From the NCBI GenBank assembly GCA_047967505.1, contig CM106538.1: a stretch of 64,000 bases of DNA, one strand, 5' to 3'. Source of the stretch: Dipteris shenzhenensis (taxonomy: Eukaryota). The notes under the pieces were generated by a model. It was not told the origin of the DNA. It saw nothing but the letters and a program-made list of their open reading frames with translations, and did not search any database. Made by a program: the position numbers and the translations under genes. Every line of letters starts with the position of its first letter. The first letter of the stretch is position 1. This document shows positions 1-11,790 of the stretch, piece by piece.

Positions 1-57
1 CACATGCGCAATGCTATCTGCAAGAACCAACTAGGAGAGGTTGAAAATGAACTGAAG

Positions 58-611
58 TGGTTGACAGGACATCTCAGAGGGAGTGCAGGGAGGATCTTGC
101 AGATTGAGGCAGCCCTTCCAGAGGCTTGGATAGACACAGATGATATGCCACTCACTTCCTCCTCTTGGGCAGGTACTTTCTCGAGATGCCTCTGTGGATA
201 CTTCTTGGGAGATTCTAGTGAGCATAGCAGCCTGGCATATCTGGAGAGCCAGATGCATAGAGGCTATGGAGGGTACTCAGGTTCATCCCTCGCACACATT
301 GGCTAGTATCTGGACAGACATCGTACACACTCTGATGACCGTATGGACGGGTATGCAGGGGGACTCCCGTGCAGCCTCAGCTAGGAGGGCTTCTTTCTTC
401 AGGGAATGGAAGGATTCTCCTTTCTTCTCTGAATCTACTACAGGGTTGAGATGGCACTTTCAGCCTCAGCCTTGGCTTCTTTCCACCTCACTCTAAGGGG
501 TTTTTAAATTTATCCTCATGATTTCATGATGTATTCCGCTTTGAGCTTGCTCTCGCAGGTTTTTGTTCTTACTTAATAGAAGTCTTTTTCATGGAAAAAA
601 AAAAAAAAAAA
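58..611 (+). mobile_element. 5'-truncated, internally deleted young L1-clade LINE with poly(A) and 9-bp TSD
   Basis: Closely matches the 3' end of the LINE at 25543-26920. Poly(A) at 595-611. GAACTGAAG occurs on both sides (49-57 and 612-620). About 827 bp of the reference copy are missing at junction 186/187. Confidence 0.9.
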
Positions 612-1160
612 GAACTGAAGCAAGGATCTCGAGCTGGAGCTGGAGCTGGAGCAAAAGTCAAACCACCAAGTTGAATCCAGAGGTGGATATGCAAGCGGCA
701 ATCTAGAGAGGCAACAGGCAAGCGGGCAAGTGAAATGGAGAGGTGGAGAGGCAAACTGTACGAAAATCATTAAAAATCAGCAAAATGATATTGCTCGTAT
801 CTTCTAATCTGTTGCGAAGAAGGAAATTCTGATAGCACGAACAGCTCCAAAAGGGGGGTAAAACCTTAGTTCGATTGCTCAAGACTATTCCGGGCTGCCC
901 GACAGCTACACAACTTCCGATATCCGAAATTGCCTGAAAAAACTGCATGCGCGATGCAAAACGAAGTCGCCCGGCTGAGGAATGCTTCCTGGTGCAAAAT
1001 CTTGCAACCAAACTAAAGCTCAAGATCATGCGAATCTCATGGGATCTCAGGATAGACAAAAGAGAAGTCGACCAGCAAGAACTAACTTCTTCTTTGCAAT
1101 TGAAGTGCAACAGGAGCACGCGGGAGAGCGGGGAAGCAAGTGACAGAGCTGGAAGGACTA

Positions 1161-1374
1161 GCTCTGATACCACATGTACGAACAAGAATGGGGAAGAGTT
1201 GTGAACACAAGAGAACAAGAATTGAACACAAGTGAACTCCAATTGAAATGTTCAACCAAATGAAGTACATGTACTTGGTATATATAGTCCAAGTACTAGA
1301 ACACATAAAAACTCTAAAATAGACTAAGTCCAAGTCTATCCTACATCACTATATCATTGTATACACCACCAACA
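1161..1374 (-). mobile_element. LTR (~1175-1374) and tRNA-iMet PBS of a minus-strand LTR retrotransposon; its leader runs toward position 1
   Basis: GCTCTGATACCA at 1161-1172 is the reverse complement of TGGTATCAGAGC. It is followed by a TG...CA-bounded segment 1175-1374 containing TATATA; LINE sequence resumes at 1375. Confidence 0.7.
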
Positions 1375-2050
1375 TAGAGTTCAGGCTATACTTCTTGACC
1401 TTTCTAAGGGTAGGTGACCGGGTTCGGATGAACTTACTCCCTCCATTACTTTTTGGGATAAGATTGGGAATCACATTACTTCATCCCTACATGCATTTGG
1501 GACTCTAGTGAGATGCCTGACTCACTTACAAACGGTCTCATTCATCTTATTCCAAAATGAGATAGCAAAGATTTAGTGTCTCAATGGAGGCCTATTACTC
1601 TTTGGACACTTTGTACAAAATCATAACTAAAGCAATCTGCCTGTGTCTGCAGCCCCTACTTCTAGACCTTATCCATGATATGCAAACATGCTTTGTGCAT
1701 GGCACAAGTATTTTTTATAATATATTTTTATTTGGAAAGCTTCTGAGTGGGCTATGTAGAGTGGCCAGAGGTTGGCCATTCTACTCTTGGATTTTGAGAA
1801 AACTTATGGTAGGGTAGACTGGGGCTTTTTAGAGAGCACCCTTCTTCGCTTTGGATTTACAAATCAGCCCACAACTAGGTGCTTATTATCGGGGTCAAGG
1901 GAGAGAGGTTCCAATTTCTAGATTAGTCTGCCAGGGATGCCCTCTAACTCCTTTACTTTCTTTTTTTTTTTTGGATCAAGCTATGAGTATCTACATTGGA
2001 TCTCAAGCTGATATTTTTGGGCTGAGGATTCCCCTCAGATGGGAAGAAAT
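1375..2050 (+). pseudogene. Degenerate LINE ORF2 reverse-transcriptase fragment
   Basis: Homologous to ~23860-24570 (LQPLLLDLIHDMQTCFVHGTSIF; QGCPLTP), with frameshifts and an internal deletion. Confidence 0.8.
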
Positions 2051-2059
2051 TCTTTTGCA

Positions 2060-5000
2060 GTTCAGGCAGATATGGCGAAGTTTGAACAATCTATTTTTAC
2101 CCTCTACCTTTGGGGAGCAGGTGGTTCAAATCAACGCGGACAGAGCTTCCCCTTTTACAGGTGTGGTAATGCTTTTCCTAGTTGACTTCCCTCCTCTTGA
2201 TAGGAGGAATTTTTCCTAGGAGAGGGTTGTCTCCGCTACCAGGTCGAGTAAGGTTTTTCATCCGGCCTCTTCCTCTCGTCGATGAGGATTGTCAGTTGGA
2301 ACGTTCAGGGCCTAGGAGGTGTACCTCACCGCACCGTCGTAGGCAGCTGATGTGTAACCAACTTCATCCAGGTGTTACTAGGGGTCCCATTGATATTCTT
2401 ATGATTTAGGAACACAAACTGGATGCCAAGGATTGTGCCAATACTTTTTGGTCACTTGCCTTGGGTACCAGGGGAGGTACTTGCATTTCTGTTTCTTCTT
2501 CAATGCTCCCCTTGGTGATTGGACATGGGATCATAGTTCCCTCTAGAGCTCAATGGATCATTCTTTTGATTGGTGGGCGTAAGGTTGGTTTCTTAAATCT
2601 CTATGCCCCCAATTTAAGAGGAGACCGTGGCCTTCTATGGAAGGAGCTACTTTCTAGGTCATGCATTAGAGAGTCTTGGATCATTGGGGGTGATTTCAAC
2701 ATGGTTGAAATTCCCACATACAAAAGAGGAGGTAGGGAAGGTGGTATCCATTCCCTAGAGAGAGTAGCCTGGGATGCCATTCTTTTTCAGTACATTGGCA
2801 GAGATGCTTGACATGATGATTCTTTCCATACTCAGCTACAATCAGTCATGTTTTCTTGGTCGAACAGGAGATTACAGGTGCCTATCCATGCACAAATTGA
2901 TAGATTTTATGGGACAGTATGCATTACACATGGGGTGTCCACTTCAGATCATTTTTCAGTTGTTTCGGTAGTTTCAAATTCTCAGGTGAGGAGCCGCTCT
3001 GCCAGTATCAAGATTCCAGATGCCTTCAATGCAGAGTAGGACTTGGGTATCTCACATGCACGATGGGCAAATTTCCTCGTCAGATTTAGTTGCAGCCCTC
3101 TCAAAATATTGGTGACTTTTATTATTCAATTGCTTGTATCACGAGAGGTGTGATCCTCAGGCGAGAGAGAGGTATCCGCCAACGGTTGGCTGCTCTTCAG
3201 AGGAAAGAGTAGAAGAGGCCTATAGATGCTTCGGTTCAGGAGTGCCTTGCTGCAGCAAGGGCTCAGCAACAACAGGCACACTGTTAGATCAGAGAGCAGA
3301 GTATGACTTTCATGCCAGAGAGTCGTTTTGGACTCAGACGGGAGTTAGGGTCAACAAGTAGTTCTTCTCTCTACTCTTGGACCAAGACATAGTAAGGAGA
3401 GTGTTTCATTGCTTGTTGACTCAGACAGAGTTTTACACACACATCTAGATGCCGACTTGCAGGTAGCTAGAGATTTCTATGTGTCCCTTCTTACAGCAGA
3501 TACTGACACACAAGCCAGAGATGACGCTCAAGTTGTTATTTGGCAAGACTTACCTATGTTAGTGATTGGAGATATGATAGTCTTACTTGATGCACCTTTC
3601 ACTGACAAAGAGTTCAAGACATCTCTCTCTGCCCTTCACAAGGGCAAGTGCTCTAGCTCAGATGGACTTTTTTTCTTTGCACAAAAAGTAGTGCTAGTTA
3701 TATTGCTTGAAAACGAGAGTACAAGAGGGCCTAAAGGCCAGCGGGCTGTAATCACAAAACGGATACAGCCCGTGGTAACAAAATAATAATTACAAGCCTC
3801 TCAGGGCATAATCATCGGAGTGTGGACAAACAGCCACGGTGGGGGGGAGTAATGCCACTGAAGACTCTGAGCAGAGTGCTGGAAGAACAGCTCTTGATGG
3901 TCCCAGTCGTGAAGGAAGCGCCGTCTCTTCTCCTTCCCTGCCTGGGACTCCCCCTGAATCTGATCCCACTGACCCTTGAGCGTGTGAATGATCGTGCGCT
4001 CCAAATGTCCGCTAGGGTCTGGGTAGCAGAAGGAGCCTGATCTCCTAAGGTCTACGGGCATCTGGAAGTCCAAATATGCCAGCCTACAATACTCCCTATG
4101 ATCTCCCAAACTGGGTGCCGAGTCATCGCTCCTGCATCTGTCTCTGTAAGATGCCAAGGGGAGCTGTCCATGTATGCCCAGGTCGCCTGTGTGATGAAGA
4201 AAATTGGATCCTGCCTAGAGAACTCATAAGCCAAGTGATGTCCCATCTCGGTGCTGCACCAGCAAACGGCTCCCCAAGTGACCGGTCCTAGCTCGGGTGC
4301 AGCCCTCGCTAAGATCCCCATGACTCCCTTCCACACTGTCTGAGCATGCGAGCAGCTCCAAAGGCAGTGCTTCAGGGACTCCTCCTCCTGAAAATACATC
4401 TAACAGTGCCCATCCTGCCCCATCTGCCTCAGCCATCTGCCAACTGGTAGCCCCTTATGGGCCACCATCCAAAGAAAGTAAGAGATCTTCCTCGGCCGCC
4501 AGCTTGCCCAAAGAGTCTTCCAGAATATGCGAAGAAAAACCAGAGATATCCCTTGGGCATATCAACTATGTGCGTGTGTGGGTAGCCTGCGCTGGAGAGC
4601 CCCAAGAGCACGCCTACCAATATGCGCACTGTATGAGAAGAAGGGGGTAGGGTTCTCTGAGGTCTCCAGAGGTGGCCAGCGCCACTCCCCTGGGTCCCAC
4701 TCCGCCTCTATCAAGGAGCGGCCCTCCCAAATCCAGAGTCTCCAGTCCTGGTCCTGCATAATTAGGGGGTCTATATGCCACGTTTTCCTTTGCAGCCCTA
4801 TGATGCAAAGGCGCTGCCAGGGAAGTTGGGGGTCTCGATCACGGCCTCTCTGCTTTGGAGACCGCTACCATCGGCGACGGAGAAGAAGTGAATCGAGGAG
4901 TCCGAGAAAAGGTCTGCAACCACCAAAGGAATGCCACGGGGTGTGAACTGCCCTAGCCACCTCTCATCTCCCGGGAGGAGCTGTCTAGTGATCATGGGAA

Positions 5001-8000
5001 TCCTCCAACCTGTAGGAATGGCAGCATCGATCTTCACTCGCCAAGCCTGGATCCCACGTGCTGTACCTACCGCTGCTACCAGTTCGCCTGGGCTCAATTG
5101 GCTATAGACGTCCCTCCAAACCCAAAGCGAGTGCGCAGGCCCACGCGCCCAAAGCACCCATGGGATATGGGATCTCTCTCCAAGTTGGCGACCTGTATCA
5201 TCTATCACCTGGCTGCTCCAGATCAGGGGCTGTCTGTCTATCTCCTCTCGGCAGCTGGGGGGAACCTGAGAGAGGCTGTGCCGCAACTTCCTCCAGACCG
5301 AGACGAGGCCACGGAGGAAGGGGGAGTGGGGCTGAAGTGAAAATCCACCGGATAGATGGCTGCCAATCACCCCTTCTCTGGGGGATACACGCACTGAGAC
5401 CATGCTGAAGCAAGAGCTTCCACGTCTGCCCTCCTGGGGTCAGACCGCGGATGACTAACTTGCCAAGTAATGCCTGACTCTACAGTTCTGGATCTATGAT
5501 GCCAAGACCGCCCTCTGTCTGGGGGAGAATGACCGTCTGCCAGGTGACCCGGGCTCTGGTGGTGCCGGAACCATCTAAGCCAAACCAAAGAAAGTTCCGC
5601 ACTAGTCTCCTCAGTTGGGCTACACACGATCTCGAGAAACACTAGCAAGATGCCACGTACCAAGCGGTGGCAAGAAGGACCTGATTGACCACAAGGGCCC
5701 TGCCTGCCAAAGATAGCCGAGCCGTGCTCTAGAAGGCTAGCTTCCGTCGTATGGAGACTAGGACCTGTAAGAACTGCTGAGCCGGCGTGATATCCAGACC
5801 TACTTGGAATCCCAGGTAACGTGTCGAAAATACCCCACTGTGAGCTAGCTCCCGGATCCGTAAGAAAACCAACTAACTTATGCCAGTTGATTTTTGCCCC
5901 AGCGGCTAGGCAAAAAACCTCTAAAGATAGTCTCACTCGCTCCAATGACTCGATATCATCCTGCACATATAGGGCCGTGTCGTCTGCATACTCGGACTCC
6001 AGAAGTTCTGCATCGTCCCAAATAGGGAGGCGCATCCCTCGAAGACCAGTGGTACCGGCTCGTAGGAAGTGAGTCATGGCCTCCGCAAAAAATAGGAAGA
6101 GGTAGGGCGCAAGCGGGCAGCCCTGATGCACCGAGTGCTCGAGGGTGAATCTCTCCCCCATCCTGCCACTGATGATAACCCGACTGGAGGCCGATCTGTA
6201 GAGACTAGCAATACCTCTGATCCACTCGTCCGGGAAACCAAACCGAGAGAGTGTACCTTCCAAGAAGGACCAGCCTACCGTGTCGTACGCCTTCTCAAAG
6301 TCAAGGAGTATGGCAAGGTGCTGGCCACTGTGCTTGGCCCACTCCGTCGCCTCTGAGAATGTGAAAATGTTTCCAAAATGCTGTGATCTTGAAAATGTCG
6401 CCAAGTCCCTGACCTCGTCTGGATCTGTCCTGACACTACCATCCCCTGCACCCTAAGAGATCGGAGCTGTTCCCCTGCTGACCTCTGGCCATGAGTCCTG
6501 AAGAACTCTCTGCACATCTTGTCGCCTTTCCTAGCCCAAAAGGACTTGGAAGCGTGGAACGAGAACTCTAAGCGTCTCTAGGTGATCTCCTCTAACATGG
6601 CTCGGGCTCTAATCTCCTGTCGTCTGAGCTCCTCGAAGCCTGGGGAAGACTGATGCATCCGCTGTATCGAGGCAAGGTCTCTGAGGCCCCTCTCCTTCGC
6701 CCACCACTGCTGCCTGACCAGAGTCGCCTCCTGCTGACATATGAGGCTAGACTCGACGAGAACCTGAGCTACGTGAGCTGCCATATCCCCCAAGGGGTCC
6801 GAATCCTGCTCCCACAGGTCCACTATCCTACTGCAAACCGCTGCTCTAGAGTAGATGGAGTCTGGGATCCGGCATGAGCAGGGAGGTAAGGAATGAGAGG
6901 TTGAGTCCAGGACTAGGATGACTGGGGCATGGTCAGAGAGGGTCGTCCCTGGAACCACCCCTGACTCTCCACCTCTGCCTATTGCCCAATCGCTGACATA
7001 GAAACGGTCCAACCGCTCCAGAAGTCTGCCTCCCTCCCTCCTATAACCCCAAGAGAAGTCCAGACTCCTTGTCCATCTGCAAAAGGAAGGCTCCCTCCAA
7101 CTGTCCCGACCTCCCACAGTGAACAAGGAGTCCCAATCCGCCTGCTCCGCCTGAGCTATACCGAGGAGCTCTGGGCCCCGTCCCTGCTGATCCTCTAAAG
7201 TCTCAAGGTTATTGAAGTCCCCTCCTACAATCCAAGAATCCATCTCTAGCAATAAGTCTGTCAAAGAGCTCCAAAAAGCGGCTCTCCGTCTGAGGTCGGT
7301 CGGGGCATAGATATTGAGGATGCTGATGCGGGATCCCTCAATATTCAAGCCCACCCAAAGCACTCGTCCTGGGATCAAGGTGCCAAAACCACACACATGC
7401 TGAACTAGAGAAGCGTCGATGGAGGTACAGACACCCCCGCTCCTCCCCTGCTCACCAATCGAAGGTTCCCAGTAGGTGTGGGAGCATCCTATGAGGACCT
7501 TCCCACACTTACTGGTCTGAGAAGCCGAAAGCTTGTGTTCCTGCAATAGGAGCACATTTACCCTTCCCACCAAGGCTGGCTGGAGCTCCTGTTTGAGCAC
7601 CATCTTCCTGGGGCCGCGGGTTCCTAACTCAGATGGACTTATCCCTTCTTCTTTTTTTTTTTTGTGATCAGATTCGGGATCACATTACCTCAGCCCTACA
7701 GGGCGTTTGGGACTTGGGTGAGATGCCAGCCTCACTTACTGCCTCATTCACCTTATCCCAAAAGGGGGTTGTAGGAATTTAATGCCTCAATGGAGACCGA
7801 TCACTCTATTGGGTACTTTGTACAAAATCTTAGCAGAAGAAATCAGCCTACAATTGCAGCCCTTTCTTCCAGATCTTATACATGATACGCAGAGGAGATT
7901 TGTGCATGGCAGGAGCATCATTGATAACATCTTCTCATTTTGGGAGGCTTTTGACTTGGCCATGCAAAATGGAGGCTTGCCATTCTACTCCTAGACTTTG

Positions 8001-10268
8001 AGAAAGCTTATGATAGAGTAGACTAGGGCATTCTAGAGGATACCCTCGTTCGCTTTGGATTCACAGATGCATGGATCAAAGGGGTGTTACCTCTCTACAA
8101 ATCAGCCCATAGCCAGGTTCTTATCAGTGGAGTCAGGGGGGACAGGATTCAGATTACCAGATCATTCCATCAAGGATGCCCTCTAGCCCCCTCTCTCTTT
8201 TTATTTGTGGCCGAAGCTATAAACTATTACCTTAGAGCTCAAGATAATATTATAGGAATGAGGATTCCATTAAGGCAGGAGGATGAGCTCTTGGATAGTG
8301 AGTTGGCAGATGACACAGCTATGTTTTTAAATGCCATACCACAGACACTCGCCTCATTCAGGATAGCCTTGGATTTGTTTTGCACTAAAACAGGGGCTTA
8401 TATTAATTGGAACAAATACAATAGCACAGCAGTTTGCTCCCGTGTTAGAGAGCATCAGGAGGAAACTTGTTTTTTGGAGTTGTGCCAGACTTGACCTTGC
8501 ATCCAGAGTAGTGGTTGTGAACCATGTATTATTGGCTACTGTCTAGTTTGTTTGCTCATGTTGGTGCAGATCTAGAGGTTGTATATCTCAGCTCATGAGA
8601 CCTATTCCTATGCAGTGGGTTAGATGGCACCTCAGATGTTGTAGCCAGGGTGTCTTGGGAGACTCTTATTCTCCCCATAGGGAAATGATGTCTCAATATT
8701 ATTGATCAAAACTTGCAATGTATGGCCTTTCTTCGCAAGTTTGTAGTGAGAGGGTTGATGCCTGGACAGGAGCCTTGGAAGGACTTTTTCTTACACAGCA
8801 TTTAGTCTTGTACTCCATCTAATGGGGGAGATTGGATGGACAGATGGAGATGGATTTTTACTTCAGCCCATCTTAGATCTCCCTCTTCCCCTCTCATGGC
8901 TGCCATTCTGAAAGATTAGGACAGCTTAAGAGGCACTCTCCAGAGAGTTCTACCCTCCTCTTACTAAGAAATAGATAGGCATCCAGTCATGAGGAATGAC
9001 TCTATATTGGATGAGCATGGTAGATCACTGGGAGTGTCACATTATATGCAGTTGTCTAGATGGGAGAGTGGACCTGCATCCACAGTTGGTGCCTAGAAGG
9101 CTTTTAGGAAGCTTCCAAAGGATCAGAGACTCTTATCAGTTGGCCACCTCAGAGGGAGTGCAATCAAGATGCAACCATACTAGCAGAGTGGATAGATACA
9201 GATGACATGTTGATCACAGAGTCCACTTGGTTGGGAGCTTTCATGGGGACGGGTATTCCGGTTATTGCCTTGCGTGATGTACATGAGGAGACCCTTGTCT
9301 TTGATGTTCAATCGGGAGGCATACTTGTCAAATCTTCATATAATATTCTCTTGGAGGTTGCCTTCCAGCCTGCTAGGATTGCAGGTTACATGGAGTGGGG
9401 CATGGACTCACAGTGGTATCTTGATCCTAACCCTGTTCTCTTGGTACTTGGGTCTTGGAGACTCTAGTTATATGGTGGTTCCCCCATTAGGTTCTTGCAG
9501 TGGGACCCAAGGAAGTGGGATGGATTGATGAAGGGCACCGAGAGAAGAGCGTCCCCTTCTTTCGTTACATAGTCAGAAACACCACGAGATTTCAGCTTAG
9601 CAATATAGGTTGGAGGCTCTCCAGATCTCCTCATTGGGATAGTTTTCAGATTTTTGCAGATGTGCAAAAAAACTTTTGGAGGAGGCTCTGGAAATCCCTC
9701 AGGAATAGAAAGACCACTCTCTTCTTTTGGCTTTCTATTCATGGAGGGATTGCAATGAACCTGTGGAGATCCAAGTTCGGGGCTAACCCTAGTTCTCCTC
9801 GATGCCACGCAGCAGTTGAGTCAGTTCAACATTACCTCTGGGAGTGCAGACAGGCGAGGACGATTTGCAAGGGTGTTGTTAGGATATTTAGCAAATTTCA
9901 TAGAGCACCCTTCTTCATGACTTGGGGATCAGTGGCATGGTTATCTCTTATTGGCCCTCATGTGTTTTTCGAGGGACATGACTCAAACTCAGCCTTCATT
10001 ATACGATGATAGTCTGTGGAGTCATGTTCTCTCCAGGATGCTCCCTTCACTCCTTTCAGAGCTGCTAATGCCTCGGTAGATAGATCATAGGAGATTATGG
10101 CTAGCATTGCAGCTTGGCATATTTGGAGGGCTAGATGTATGGAGGCGATGGAGGGGTTCCAGGTTCACCCCTGCAAGGCATGATATACTCCCGCCTTAGA
10201 GCTTGCTCTTGCGGTTTTCATTCATACTTAATGAAATAATCTTTTTGGGAAAAAAAAAGAAAAAAAAA
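2060..10268 (+). mobile_element. Old, degenerate L1-clade LINE (ORF1 end, APE endonuclease, RT, zf-RVT, poly(A)), interrupted by a nested antisense LINE
   Basis: ORF2 start ATGAGGATTGTCAGTTGGAAC at 2282; NLYAP/GGDFN, QWRPITLL, QGCPLAP, LADD and (S)PRC..ESVQHYLWEC motifs; A-tract at 10250-10268; collinear with ~22230-26920. Confidence 0.88.
3670..7627 (-). mobile_element. Nested antisense L1-clade LINE of a second family (endonuclease, RT, C-terminal zinc finger) with 13-bp TSD
   Basis: ORF 6578-7603 (LQEHKL, NIYAP, GGDFN, RLDRF, SDHAPV); ORF 5367-6404 (LDFEKAYD, QGCPLAP, YADD); EESLKHCLWSC. TSD CTCAGATGGACTT at 3657-3669 and 7628-7640. Short T-tract at the 3' end. Confidence 0.92.
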
Positions 10269-10455
10269 TGTGGAATGCTCTGAGTGCAAGGCCAAAGGGG
10301 ACTTTGCGGTAGGTGAATGCGCGAAAGGTAGCTTCACAAGAGGTTCCAAAGCTTTTGGCGGGTATCTTGTTTTGTGTAGAAACATGTTTTGCTTTCTCTT
10401 GGAGATGGGTCACATGCAAGCAATGGTTGCTAGGCAAACGGCACATCTTGGTACA

Positions 10456-10683
10456 TGTTGGGTGTTGGAAGCAATGGAAGCACAATGGAGAAAAATGAGA
10501 TGCTGTAATAGATTGCTGCAAAACTGAAGTGTTAAGGCTCAAGGGAGAACCAACATTAAAAAACCCTAGGGCTAACTACCCTAACTGGACTAACTGCCCT
10601 AACTGAACTAAGTGCCCTAACTGACTATAACTAGGCCTACAAGGCTCATACCAAGGTATAAGTGGCATCTATGGATAGCCCAT
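10456..10683. repeat. Dispersed repeat with CCCTAACTG-type subrepeats; inverted homolog of 36214-36479
   Basis: ...CCTACAAGGCTCATACCAAGGTATAAGTGGCATCTATGGATAGCCCAT aligns to the reverse complement of the sequence starting at 36214. Confidence 0.7.
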
Positions 10684-11790
10684 GAGATACCATGTCTGCA
10701 GGCTCCTCTGTTTTGTTACATGAGAGAGACACTAATGTGAGACATGTATGAAACTTGTGCTACATCTTGTTTAAGTTTTCCTTTATCGCAATGGAAGTTG
10801 TTTCTTGTTTCAAATTTGCTTCAAACACTTATTTCATTAACTTTGGACTTGTCAATATACAAATTCATTTTAATAGATACTTTTGGACTAGTTTATGGAT
10901 AAAATTTAAGAAAAAACTCACGCTTCAAAACACAGATAAAAACATAAAAACAATGAATTTTTAAGAGTGTTTTGAAGGAAATAAAATCAAAATTATAAAA
11001 ATGTAACAAAGATAAGCTATACCAAAAGATAAGAAACAGTATCAAATAAAACTAAAATTATGAAAATTAATGTAACTTCTTAGATAGACTGGTGCACAAT
11101 CTCGATTCATTTTTGTACTTAAATTTCTATTGAAAAAATCTACTTTATGAAAATATCCTTCCAAAACCAAAAGATGACACTATCCTTTTGAAATAAAGAT
11201 TTTATTTACTTATACTATCATATTGTACTAATAATGCAAAAACTAAGAAATGTAATTCTTACATTGTTCTATATTGTAGAAATCCTAGTATAATTTTTTA
11301 TTTTAAAAGTTTAACTTTTTAATAACTTTAATAAATAAAAATCAAAATATTTGCACCCCCCCTCAATGATAAGTTCAGCGAGGTATGAAAGCTGAGATAA
11401 GACTCAGGAAGAGAATTCAGAGTGGTACAAATTCGATGTCTCTTCTTTTCGAAAGGAACATTTTGTTGTCTGTTGGTTATTATCCAAGCGTGTATAATTT
11501 CTTTTGCGTATGTTGTTTTTTTTCTAAACAATAAACGCTCACATGATAAACATTCATATTTTGGAGTGTCTCAAATTGAGGTAATATATTTTTCTACAAA
11601 CTTTGAAGTTGTTCCAAATGCTTTTGAGTATTTTTGTAATGTCATACATTCATCTATTATGCATGCTCGCTTACGTTTGTGTGTTGTCATTTTCAATTGT
11701 GAGTTTAAGGTTTGTTCTAGTACAAGTATTGTTGTTACCTCATTATGATATTGTAGCTAATTGTGCTGTTAAGTGTCTTGGTTAGTACAA

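Noticed and set aside
10720-11780. AT-rich ORFs as a host gene
   Set aside because: Short low-complexity hydrophobic ORFs with no recognisable domain or splice pattern.
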